NCBI RefSeq assembly: GCF_009914755.1
Contig: NC_060933.1
Direction: 5' to 3' (one strand)
From: the human T2T-CHM13v2.0 reference genome, Homo sapiens
Length of the DNA stretch: 64,000 nt
A program made the position numbers and the translations under genes. Of this stretch, positions 1 through 13,500 are shown one piece after another; position 1 is the first letter of the stretch, and each line of letters opens with the position of its first letter. The notes under the pieces were generated by a model. That model was not told the origin of the DNA. It saw only the letters and a list, made by a program, of their open reading frames with translations, and did no database searches.

Positions 1-201
1 CATTCCATTCCATTCCATTCCGTTCCGTTCCATTCCATTCCATTCCATTCTATTCGGGTTAATTCCATTCCATTCCATTCGATTGCAATCGTGTTGATTC
101 CATTCCATTCCATTCCATTCCATTCCATTCCATTCCATTCCTTTCCATTCCATTACGGATGATTCCATTCCAATGCATTCCATTCCATTCCATTCCCCTG
201 T

Positions 202-211
202 ACTCGGGTTG
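202..211 (+). repeat. Satellite III terminator decamer ACTCGGGTTG (first example; recurs throughout)
   Basis: Direct match to the established satIII interspersed decamer (reverse complement CAACCCGAGT). Confidence 0.9.
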
Positions 212-904
212 ATTCCATTCCATTCCAATCCATGCCATTCCACTCGTGTTGATTCCATTCTTTCCATTCCATTCAAGTTGAATCCATTCCATTGCATTCC
301 ATTCCATTCGATTCCATTCAATTGCACTCGGGTTGATTCCATTCCATTGCATTCCATTCCGTTCCATTCCATTCCATTCCATTCCTTTCCGTTCCATTCC
401 ATTCCATTACATTCGGATTGATTCTATTCAATTCCCTTACACTCCATTCCATTCCATTCCATTCGGGTAGTTTCCATTCCATTCCATTCCATTCCTCTCC
501 ATTCCATTGCACTCGGGTTGATTCCATTCCATTGCATTCCATTCCATTCCATTCAATTCCATTCCGTTCCATTCCATTCCATTACATTCGGACTGATTCT
601 ATTCAACTCTCTTACTCTCCATTCCATTCCATTCCATTCGGGTTGTTCCATTCCATTCCATTCCATTCCACTCCATTCCATTGCACTCGGGTTGATTCCA
701 TTCCATTCCATTCCATACCATTCCATTCCATTCCATTCCATTCCATTCCATTCCATTCCATTCCGTTCCATTCCGTTCCATTCCATTCCATTCCATTCTA
801 TTCGGGTTAATTCCATTCCATTCCATTCCATTCCATTCTATTCCATTCCATTGCAATCGAGTTGAATCCATTGCATTTCATGCCATTCCATTCCATTCCA
901 TTCC

Positions 905-919
905 ATTCCGGAAGATTCC
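905..919. promoter_or_regulatory. Perfect three-unit heat-shock element aTTCc-gGAAg-aTTCc (first of about 30)
   Basis: ATTCCGGAAGATTCC fits nTTCnnGAAnnTTCn. HSF1 binding to satIII in nuclear stress bodies is established. Occupancy of these particular sites is not shown. Confidence 0.55.
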
Positions 920-1116
920 ATTCCATTGCATTCCATTCCATTCCATTCCCCTGCACTCGCGTTGATTCCATTCCATTCCATTCCATTCCATTCCATTCCA
1001 TTCCATTCCGTTCCGTTCCGTTCCATTCCATTCTATTCCATTCCATTCCATTCCATTCCTTTCCGTTCCATTCCATTCCATTCCATTCTATTTGGGTTAA
1101 TTCCATTCCATTCCAT

Positions 1117-1130
1117 TCGATTGCAATCGA
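1117..1130. repeat. 14-bp palindrome TCGATTGCAATCGA (first perfect example; recurrent module)
   Basis: Self-complementary. Recurs in all three domains, including 57612-57625. Confidence 0.9.
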
Positions 1131-4100
1131 GTTGATTCCATTCCATTCCCTTCCATTCCATTCCATTCCTTTCCATTCCTTTCCATTACATTACGGATGA
1201 TTCCATTCCATTGCATTCTATTCCATTCCATTCCCCTGTACTCGGGTTGATTCCATTCCATTACATTCCAATCCATGCCATTCCACTCGTATTGAATCCA
1301 TTCTTTCCATTCCGTGCAAGTTGAATCCATTCCATTGCATTCCATTCCATTCGATTCCATTCGATTTCACTCGGGTTGATTCCATTCCATTGCATTCCAT
1401 TCCATTCCATTCCATTCCATTCCGTTCCATTCCATTCCATTACATTCGGATTGATTCTATTCAACTCCCTTACTCTCCATTACATTCCATTCCATTCGGG
1501 TTGTTCCATTCCATTCCATTCCATTCCACTCCATTCCATTGGACTCGGGTTGATTCCATTCCATTCCATTCCATTCCATTCCATTCCATTCCATTCCGGA
1601 AGATTCCATTCCATTGCATTCCAATCCATTCCATTCTCCTGCACTCGCGTTGATTCCATTCTATTCCATTCTATTCCATTCCATTCCCTTCCTTTCCGTT
1701 CCATTCCATTCCATTCCATTCCATTCCATTCCGTTCCGTTCTGTTCCGATCCGTTCCATTCCATTCCATTCCATTCTATTCGGGTTAATTCCATTCCATT
1801 CCATTCGATTGCAATCGAGTTGATTCCATTCCATTCCATTCCAATCCATTCCATTCCATTCCATTCCTTTCCATTCCATTACGGATGATTCCATTCCATT
1901 GCATTCCATTCCATTCCATTCCCCTGTACTCGGGTTGATTCCATTCCATTCCATTCCAATCCATGCCCTTCCACTCGTGTTGATTCCATTATTTCCATTC
2001 CATTCTAGTTGAATCCATTCTATTGCATTCCATTCCATTCGATTCCATTCGATTGCACTCGGGTTGATTCCATTCCATTGCATTCCATTCCATTCCATTC
2101 CATTCCATTCCGTTCCATTCCATTCCATTACATTCGGATTGATTCTATTCAACTCCCTTACACTCCATTACATTCGATTCCATTCGGGTTGTTCCATTCC
2201 ATTCCATTCCATTCCACTCCATTCCATTGCACTCGGGTTGATTCCATTACATTCCATTCCATTCCGGAAGATTGCATTCCATTGCATTCCATTACATTCC
2301 ATTCCCCTGCACTCGCGTTGATTCCATTCCTTTCCATTCCATTCCATTCCATTCCATTCCGTTCCGTTCCATTCCATTCCATTCCATTCCATTCCATTCC
2401 GTTCCGTTCCATTCCATTCCATTTCATTCTATTCGGGTAAATTCCATTCCATTCCATTCGACTGCCATCGAGTTGATTCCATTCCATTCCATTCCATTCC
2501 ATTCCATTCCATTCCATTCCATTCCATTCTATTCCATTCCATTGCAATCGAGTTGAATCCATTGCCTTTCATTCCATTCCATTCCATTCCATTCCAATCC
2601 ATTCCGGAAGATTCCATTCCATTCCATTCCATTCCATTCCATTCCATTCCATTCCATTGCATTCCATTCCGGATGATTCCATTCCATTGCATTCCGTTCC
2701 ATTACATTCCCTTGCACTCGGGTTGATTCCATTCCATTCCATTCCATTCCATTCGATTCCATTCCATTCCCCTGCACTCGCGTTGATTCCATTCCATTCC
2801 ATTCCATTCCATTCCATTCCATTCCATTCCTTTCCATTCCAGTCCTTTCCATTCCATTCCACTCGGGTTGATTCCATTCTATTAGTTTCCATTCCATTCC
2901 ATTCCCTTCCATTCCACTCTGGTTGATTCCATTCCTTTCCATTCCACTCGAATACATTCCCTCCTATTACACTCGGAACGATTCCATTCCATTCCATTCC
3001 ATTCCATTCCATTCCATTCCATTCCATTCCATTCCATTCCATTTCGTTCCATTCCATTCTATTCCGTATCATTCCATTCCATTCCATTCCATTCCATTCC
3101 ACTCGTGTTGATTTCATTCCTTTCCATTCCATTCGGTTTGAAGGCATTCCATTCCATTCCATTCCATTCCATTCCATTCCATTCCATTCCAGTCCATTCC
3201 ATTCCATTGTACTCGGGTTGATTCCATTCCATTGCATTCCATTCCATTCCATTCCGTTGCATTCCATTCCATTACATTCGGATTGATTCTATTCAACTCC
3301 CTTACTCTCCATTCCATTCCATTCCATTCGGGTTGTTCCATTCCATTCCATTCCATTCCACTCCATTCCATTGCACTCGGATTGATTCCATTCCATTCCA
3401 TTCCATTCAATTCCATTCCATTCCGGATGATTCCATTCCATTGCATTCTGTTCCATTACATTCCCCTGCACTCGGGTTGATTCCATTCCATTCCATTCCA
3501 TTCCATTCGATTCCATTCCATTCCAATTCTTTCCATTCCATTCTATTCCGTACCATTCCATTCCATTCCATACAATTCCATTCCATTCCATTCCACTCCG
3601 TTCCGTTCCGTTCCGTTCCGTTCCGTTCCGTTCCATTCCATTCCATTCCATTCTATTCGGTTTAATTCCATTCCATTCCAGTCCATTCCATTCCATTCCA
3701 TTCTATTCCATTCCATTGCAATCGAGTTGAGTCCATTGCATTCCATTCCATTCCATTCCATTCCATTCCGGAAGATTCCATTACATTGCATTCCATTCCT
3801 TTCCATTCCATTCCATTCCATTCCATTCCATTCCATTCCATTGTACTCGGGTTGATTCCATTCCATTGCATTCCATTCCATTCCATTCCATTCCATTCCA
3901 TTCCATTCCATTCCGTTCCATTCCATTCCATTACATTCGGATTGATTCTTTTCAACTCCCTTACTCTCCATTACATTCCATTCCATTCGGGTTGTTCCAT
4001 TGAATTCCATTCCATTCCACTCCATTGCATTGCACTCGGGTTGATTCCATTCCATTCCATTCCATTCCATTCTGGATGATTCCATTCCATTGCATTCCGT

Positions 4101-7100
4101 TCCATTACATTCCCCTGCACTCGGGTTGATTCCATTCCATTCCATTCCATTCCATTCGATTCCATTCCATTCCCCTGCACTCGCGTTGATTCCATTCCAT
4201 TCCATTCCATTCCATTCCATTCCATTCCATTCCTTTCCATTCCAGTCTTTTCCATTCCATTCCACTCGGGTTGATTCCATTCTATTAGTTTCCATTCCAT
4301 TCCATTCCCTTCCATTCCACTCTGGTTGATTCCATTCCTTTCCATTCCACTCGAATACATTCCCTCTTATTCCACTCGGAACGATTCCATTCCATTCCAT
4401 TCCATTCCATTTCGTTCCATTCCATTCTATTCCGTATCATTCCATTCCATTCCATTCCATTCCATTCCATTGTACTCGGGTTGATTCCATTTCATTGCAT
4501 TCCATTCCATTCCATTCCATTCCATTCCATTCCGTTGCATTCCATTCCATTACATTCGGATTGATTCTATTCAACTCCCTTACTCTCCATTACATTCCAT
4601 TCCATTTGGGTTGTTCCATTCCATTCCATTCCATTCCACTCCATTCCATTACACTCGGGTTGATTCCATTCTATTAATTCCATTCCATTCCATTCCATTC
4701 CGGATGATTCCATTCCATTGCATTCCTTTCCATTACATTCCCCTGCACTCGCGTTGATTCCATTCCATTCCATTCAATTCCATTCCATTACAATTCGTTA
4801 CATTCCATTCTATTCCGTACCATTCCATTCCATTCCATTCCATTTTTTCCATTCCATTCCGGATGATTCCATTCCATTGCATTCCGTTCCATTACATTCC
4901 CCTGCACTCGCGTTGATTCCATTCCATTCCATTCCATTCCATTCAATTCCATTCCATTACAATTCGTTCCATTCCATTCTATTCCGTACCATTCCATTCC
5001 ATTCCATACCATTCCATTCCATTCCATTCCATTCCATTCCATTCCATTCCATTCCGTTCCATTCCGTTCCATTCCACTCCATTCCATTCTATTCGGGTTA
5101 ATTCCATTCCATTGCATTCCATTCCATTCCATTCTATTCCATTCCATTGCAATCGAGTTGAATCAATTGCATTTCATTCCATTCCATTCCATTCCATTCC
5201 ATACCGGAAGATTCCATTCCATTGCATTCCATTCCATTCCATTACCCCGCACTCGCGTTGATTCCATTCCATTCCATTCCATCCATTCCATTCCGTTCCG
5301 TTCCATTCCATTCCATTCCATTCCGTTCCGTTCCATTCCATTCCATTCCATTCTATTCGGGTTAATTACATTCCATTCCATTGGATTGCAATCGAGTTGA
5401 TTCCATTCCATTCCATTCCATTCCATTCCATTCCTTTCCATTCCATTACGGATGATTCCATTCCATTGCATTCCATTCCATTCCATTCTCCTGTACTCGG
5501 GTTGATTCCATTCCATTCCATTCCAATCCATGCCATTCCACTCCTGTTGATTCCATTCTTTCCATTCCATTCATGTTGAATCCATTCCATTGCATTCCAT
5601 TCCATTCGATTCCATTCGATTGCACTCGGGTTGATTCCATTCCATTGCATTGCATTCCATTCAATTCCATTCCATTTTATTCCATTCCGTTCCATTCCAT
5701 TCCATTACATTCGGATTGATTCTATTCAATTCCCTTACACTCCATTACATTCCATTCCATTCGGGTAGTTTCCATTCCATTCCATTCCATTCCTCTCCAT
5801 TCCATTGCACTGGGGTTGATTCCATTCCATTGCATTCCATTCCATTCCATTCAATTCCATTCAGTTCCATTCCATTCCATTACATTCGGATTGATTCTAT
5901 TCAACTCCCTTACTCTCCATTACATTCGATTCCATTCGGGTTGTTCCATTCCATTCCATTCCATTCCACTCCATTCCATTGCACTCGGGTTGATTCCATT
6001 CCATTCCATTCCATTCCATTCCATTCCATTCCATTCCATTCCGGAAGATTCCATTCCATTGCATTCCATTCCATTCCATTCCCCTGCACTCGCGTTGATT
6101 CCATTCCATTCCATTCCATTCCATTCCATTCCATTCCATTCCTTTCCTTTCCATTCCATTCCATTCCATTCCAATCCATTCCATTCCGTTCCGTTCCGTT
6201 CCATTCCATTCCATTCCATTCTATTCGGGTTAATTCCATTCCATTCCATTCGATTGCAAACGAGTTGATTCCATTCCATTCTATTCCATTCCATTCCATT
6301 CCTTTCCATTCCATTACGGATGATTCCATTCCATTGCATTCCATTCCATTCCATTCCCCTGTACTCGGGTTGATTCCATTCCATTCCATTTCAATCCATG
6401 CCATTCCACTCGTGTTGATTCCATTCTTTCCATTCCATTCAAGTTGAATCCATTCCATTGCATTCCATTCCATTCCATTCCCCTGCAGTCGGGTTGATTC
6501 CATTCCATTCCATTCCATTCCATTCCATTCCATTCCATTCCATTCCTTTCCGTTCCGTTCCATTCCATTCCATTCCATTCTATTCGGGTTAATTCCATTC
6601 CATTCCATTCCATTCCATTCCAATCGAGTTGATTCCATTCCATTCCATTCCATTCCACTCCATTCCAGTACTTTCCATTCCATTCCACTCGGGTTGATTC
6701 CAATGTATTCCTTTCCATTCCATTCCATTCCAATGCAATCGAGTTGATTCCATTGCTTTGCATTCCATTCCATTCCATTCCATTCCGGATGATTCCATTC
6801 CATTGCATTCCATTCCATTCCATTCCCCTGCACTCGGGTTGATTCCATTCCATTCCACTCCATTCCGTTCCATTCCATTCCATTCCATTGTATTCGGGTT
6901 AATTCCATTCCATTCCATTCCATTCCATTCCATTACAATCGAGTTGATTCCATTCCATTCCATTCCATTCCAGTCCTTTCCATTCCATTCCACTCGGGTT
7001 GATTCCATTCTATTAGTTTCCATTCCATTCCATTCCCTTCCATTCCACTCTGGTGGATACCATTCCTTTCCATTCCACTCGAATACATTCCCTCCTATTC

Positions 7101-7529
7101 CACTCGGAACGATTCCATTCCATTCCATTCCATTCCATTCCATTCCATTTCGTTCCATTCCATTCTATTCCGTATCATTCCATTCCATTCCATTCCATTC
7201 CATTCCATTCCATTCCATTGTACTCGGGTTGATTCAATTCCATTGCATTCCATTCCATTCCATTCCATTCCATTCCGTTGCATTCCATTCCATTACATTC
7301 GGATTGATTCTATTCAACTCCCTTACTCTCCATTACATTCCACTCCATTCGGGTTGTTCCATTCCATTCCATTCCATTCCACTCCATTCCATTGCACTCG
7401 GGTTGATTCCATTCCATTGCATTCCATTCCATTCCATTCCCCTGCACTCGCGTTGATTCCATTCCATTCCATTCCTTTCCATTCCGTTCCATTCCATTCC
7501 GTTCCGTTCCATTCCATTCCATTCCATTC

Positions 7530-10500
7530 CATTCCATTCCATTCCATTCCGTTCCGTTCCATTCCATTCCATTCCATTCTATTCGGGTTAATTCCATTCC
7601 ATTCCATTCGATTGCAATCGTGTTGATTCCATTCCATTCCATTCCATTCCATTCCATTCCATTCCATTCCTTTCCATTCCATTACGGATGATTCCATTCC
7701 AATGCATTCCATTCCATTCCATTCCCCTGTACTCGGGTTGATTCCATTCCATTCCAATCCATGCCATTCCACTCGTGTTGATTCCATTCTTTCCATTCCA
7801 TTCAAGTTGAATCCATTCCATTGCATTCCATTCCATTCGATTCCATTCAATTGCACTCGGGTTGATTCCATTCCATTGCATTCCATTCCGTTCCATTCCA
7901 TTCCATTCCATTCCTTTCCGTTCCATTCCATTCCATTACATTCGGATTGATTCTATTCAATTCCCTTACACTCCATTCCATTCCATTCCATTCGGGTAGT
8001 TTCCATTCCATTCCATTCCATTCCTCTCCATTCCATTGCACTCGGGTTGATTCCATTCCATTGCATTCCATTCCATTCCATTCAATTCCATTCCGTTCCA
8101 TTCCATTCCATTACATTCGGACTGATTCTATTCAACTCTCTTACTCTCCATTCCATTCCATTCCATTCGGGTTGTTCCATTCCATTCCATTCCATTCCAC
8201 TCCATTCCATTGCACTCGGGTTGATTCCATTCCATTCCATTCCATACCATTCCATTCCATTCCATTCCATTCCATTCCATTCCATTCCATTCCGTTCCAT
8301 TCCGTTCCATTCCATTCCATTCCATTCTATTCGGGTTAATTCCATTCCATTCCATTCCATTCCATTCTATTCCATTCCATTGCAATCGAGTTGAATCCAT
8401 TGCATTTCATGCCATTCCATTCCATTCCATTCCATTCCGGAAGATTCCATTCCATTGCATTCCATTCCATTCCATTCCCCTGCACTCGCGTTGATTCCAT
8501 TCCATTCCATTCCATTCCATTCCATTCCATTCCATTCCGTTCCGTTCCGTTCCATTCCATTCTATTCCATTCCATTCCATTCCATTCCTTTCCGTTCCAT
8601 TCCATTCCATTCCATTCTATTTGGGTTAATTCCATTCCATTCCATTCGATTGCAATCGAGTTGATTCCATTCCATTCCCTTCCATTCCATTCCATTCCTT
8701 TCCATTCCTTTCCATTACATTACGGATGATTCCATTCCATTGCATTCTATTCCATTCCATTCCCCTGTACTCGGGTTGATTCCATTCCATTACATTCCAA
8801 TCCATGCCATTCCACTCGTATTGAATCCATTCTTTCCATTCCGTGCAAGTTGAATCCATTCCATTGCATTCCATTCCATTCGATTCCATTCGATTTCACT
8901 CGGGTTGATTCCATTCCATTGCATTCCATTCCATTCCATTCCATTCCATTCCGTTCCATTCCATTCCATTACATTCGGATTGATTCTATTCAACTCCCTT
9001 ACTCTCCATTACATTCCATTCCATTCGGGTTGTTCCATTCCATTCCATTCCATTCCACTCCATTCCATTGGACTCGGGTTGATTCCATTCCATTCCATTC
9101 CATTCCATTCCATTCCATTCCATTCCGGAAGATTCCATTCCATTGCATTCCAATCCATTCCATTCTCCTGCACTCGCGTTGATTCCATTCTATTCCATTC
9201 TATTCCATTCCATTCCCTTCCTTTCCGTTCCATTCCATTCCATTCCATTCCATTCCATTCCGTTCCGTTCTGTTCCGATCCGTTCCATTCCATTCCATTC
9301 CATTCTATTCGGGTTAATTCCATTCCATTCCATTCGATTGCAATCGAGTTGATTCCATTCCATTCCATTCCAATCCATTCCATTCCATTCCATTCCTTTC
9401 CATTCCATTACGGATGATTCCATTCCATTGCATTCCATTCCATTCCATTCCCCTGTACTCGGGTTGATTCCATTCCATTCCATTCCAATCCATGCCCTTC
9501 CACTCGTGTTGATTCCATTATTTCCATTCCATTCTAGTTGAATCCATTCTATTGCATTCCATTCCATTCGATTCCATTCGATTGCACTCGGGTTGATTCC
9601 ATTCCATTGCATTCCATTCCATTCCATTCCATTCCATTCCGTTCCATTCCATTCCATTACATTCGGATTGATTCTATTCAACTCCCTTACACTCCATTAC
9701 ATTCGATTCCATTCGGGTTGTTCCATTCCATTCCATTCCATTCCACTCCATTCCATTGCACTCGGGTTGATTCCATTACATTCCATTCCATTCCGGAAGA
9801 TTGCATTCCATTGCATTCCATTACATTCCATTCCCCTGCACTCGCGTTGATTCCATTCCTTTCCATTCCATTCCATTCCATTCCATTCCGTTCCGTTCCA
9901 TTCCATTCCATTCCATTCCATTCCATTCCGTTCCGTTCCATTCCATTCCATTTCATTCTATTCGGGTAAATTCCATTCCATTCCATTCGACTGCCATCGA
10001 GTTGATTCCATTCCATTCCATTCCATTCCATTCCATTCCATTCCATTCCATTCCATTCTATTCCATTCCATTGCAATCGAGTTGAATCCATTGCCTTTCA
10101 TTCCATTCCATTCCATTCCATTCCAATCCATTCCGGAAGATTCCATTCCATTCCATTCCATTCCATTCCATTCCATTCCATTCCATTGCATTCCATTCCG
10201 GATGATTCCATTCCATTGCATTCCGTTCCATTACATTCCCTTGCACTCGGGTTGATTCCATTCCATTCCATTCCATTCCATTCGATTCCATTCCATTCCC
10301 CTGCACTCGCGTTGATTCCATTCCATTCCATTCCATTCCATTCCATTCCATTCCATTCCTTTCCATTCCAGTCCTTTCCATTCCATTCCACTCGGGTTGA
10401 TTCCATTCTATTAGTTTCCATTCCATTCCATTCCCTTCCATTCCACTCTGGTTGATTCCATTCCTTTCCATTCCACTCGAATACATTCCCTCCTATTACA

Positions 10501-13500
10501 CTCGGAACGATTCCATTCCATTCCATTCCATTCCATTCCATTCCATTCCATTCCATTCCATTCCATTCCATTTCGTTCCATTCCATTCTATTCCGTATCA
10601 TTCCATTCCATTCCATTCCATTCCATTCCACTCGTGTTGATTTCATTCCTTTCCATTCCATTCGGTTTGAAGGCATTCCATTCCATTCCATTCCATTCCA
10701 TTCCATTCCATTCCATTCCAGTCCATTCCATTCCATTGTACTCGGGTTGATTCCATTCCATTGCATTCCATTCCATTCCATTCCGTTGCATTCCATTCCA
10801 TTACATTCGGATTGATTCTATTCAACTCCCTTACTCTCCATTCCATTCCATTCCATTCGGGTTGTTCCATTCCATTCCATTCCATTCCACTCCATTCCAT
10901 TGCACTCGGATTGATTCCATTCCATTCCATTCCATTCAATTCCATTCCATTCCGGATGATTCCATTCCATTGCATTCTGTTCCATTACATTCCCCTGCAC
11001 TCGGGTTGATTCCATTCCATTCCATTCCATTCCATTCGATTCCATTCCATTCCAATTCTTTCCATTCCATTCTATTCCGTACCATTCCATTCCATTCCAT
11101 ACAATTCCATTCCATTCCATTCCACTCCGTTCCGTTCCGTTCCGTTCCGTTCCGTTCCGTTCCATTCCATTCCATTCCATTCTATTCGGTTTAATTCCAT
11201 TCCATTCCAGTCCATTCCATTCCATTCCATTCTATTCCATTCCATTGCAATCGAGTTGAGTCCATTGCATTCCATTCCATTCCATTCCATTCCATTCCGG
11301 AAGATTCCATTACATTGCATTCCATTCCTTTCCATTCCATTCCATTCCATTCCATTCCATTCCATTCCATTGTACTCGGGTTGATTCCATTCCATTGCAT
11401 TCCATTCCATTCCATTCCATTCCATTCCATTCCATTCCATTCCGTTCCATTCCATTCCATTACATTCGGATTGATTCTTTTCAACTCCCTTACTCTCCAT
11501 TACATTCCATTCCATTCGGGTTGTTCCATTGAATTCCATTCCATTCCACTCCATTGCATTGCACTCGGGTTGATTCCATTCCATTCCATTCCATTCCATT
11601 CTGGATGATTCCATTCCATTGCATTCCGTTCCATTACATTCCCCTGCACTCGGGTTGATTCCATTCCATTCCATTCCATTCCATTCGATTCCATTCCATT
11701 CCCCTGCACTCGCGTTGATTCCATTCCATTCCATTCCATTCCATTCCATTCCATTCCATTCCTTTCCATTCCAGTCTTTTCCATTCCATTCCACTCGGGT
11801 TGATTCCATTCTATTAGTTTCCATTCCATTCCATTCCCTTCCATTCCACTCTGGTTGATTCCATTCCTTTCCATTCCACTCGAATACATTCCCTCTTATT
11901 CCACTCGGAACGATTCCATTCCATTCCATTCCATTCCATTTCGTTCCATTCCATTCTATTCCGTATCATTCCATTCCATTCCATTCCATTCCATTCCATT
12001 GTACTCGGGTTGATTCCATTTCATTGCATTCCATTCCATTCCATTCCATTCCATTCCATTCCGTTGCATTCCATTCCATTACATTCGGATTGATTCTATT
12101 CAACTCCCTTACTCTCCATTACATTCCATTCCATTTGGGTTGTTCCATTCCATTCCATTCCATTCCACTCCATTCCATTACACTCGGGTTGATTCCATTC
12201 TATTAATTCCATTCCATTCCATTCCATTCCGGATGATTCCATTCCATTGCATTCCTTTCCATTACATTCCCCTGCACTCGCGTTGATTCCATTCCATTCC
12301 ATTCAATTCCATTCCATTACAATTCGTTACATTCCATTCTATTCCGTACCATTCCATTCCATTCCATTCCATTTTTTCCATTCCATTCCGGATGATTCCA
12401 TTCCATTGCATTCCGTTCCATTACATTCCCCTGCACTCGCGTTGATTCCATTCCATTCCATTCCATTCCATTCAATTCCATTCCATTACAATTCGTTCCA
12501 TTCCATTCTATTCCGTACCATTCCATTCCATTCCATACCATTCCATTCCATTCCATTCCATTCCATTCCATTCCATTCCATTCCGTTCCATTCCGTTCCA
12601 TTCCACTCCATTCCATTCTATTCGGGTTAATTCCATTCCATTGCATTCCATTCCATTCCATTCTATTCCATTCCATTGCAATCGAGTTGAATCAATTGCA
12701 TTTCATTCCATTCCATTCCATTCCATTCCATACCGGAAGATTCCATTCCATTGCATTCCATTCCATTCCATTACCCCGCACTCGCGTTGATTCCATTCCA
12801 TTCCATTCCATCCATTCCATTCCGTTCCGTTCCATTCCATTCCATTCCATTCCGTTCCGTTCCATTCCATTCCATTCCATTCTATTCGGGTTAATTACAT
12901 TCCATTCCATTGGATTGCAATCGAGTTGATTCCATTCCATTCCATTCCATTCCATTCCATTCCTTTCCATTCCATTACGGATGATTCCATTCCATTGCAT
13001 TCCATTCCATTCCATTCTCCTGTACTCGGGTTGATTCCATTCCATTCCATTCCAATCCATGCCATTCCACTCCTGTTGATTCCATTCTTTCCATTCCATT
13101 CATGTTGAATCCATTCCATTGCATTCCATTCCATTCGATTCCATTCGATTGCACTCGGGTTGATTCCATTCCATTGCATTGCATTCCATTCAATTCCATT
13201 CCATTTTATTCCATTCCGTTCCATTCCATTCCATTACATTCGGATTGATTCTATTCAATTCCCTTACACTCCATTACATTCCATTCCATTCGGGTAGTTT
13301 CCATTCCATTCCATTCCATTCCTCTCCATTCCATTGCACTGGGGTTGATTCCATTCCATTGCATTCCATTCCATTCCATTCAATTCCATTCAGTTCCATT
13401 CCATTCCATTACATTCGGATTGATTCTATTCAACTCCCTTACTCTCCATTACATTCGATTCCATTCGGGTTGTTCCATTCCATTCCATTCCATTCCACTC

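Larger units (their letters stand above)
1..7529 (+). repeat. 7529-bp higher-order repeat, copy 1 (probably starts upstream of the window)
   Basis: ORFs recur with identical translation at offset 7529 (59/7588, 3543/11072, 5910/13439, 7095/14624). Confidence 0.95.

Noticed and set aside
411-450. Recurring 35-40 bp module GGATTGATTCTATTCAA(C/T)TCCCTTAC as a CRISPR-like repeat
   Set aside because: It is an in-phase degenerate pentamer string. The intervening DNA is satellite rather than unique spacers, spacing is irregular, and no cas genes are present.
1117-1130. TCGATTGCAATCGA as a specific transcription factor site (C/EBP- or DUX-like)
   Set aside because: It does not match those consensus sequences well. 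It is kept only as a structural palindrome.
2945-2985. CTCGAATACATTCCCTCCTATT(A/C)CACTCGGAACG module as a foreign insertion
   Set aside because: It stays in 5-bp register with CATTC and recurs in all domains. It is diverged satellite, not a mobile element fragment.
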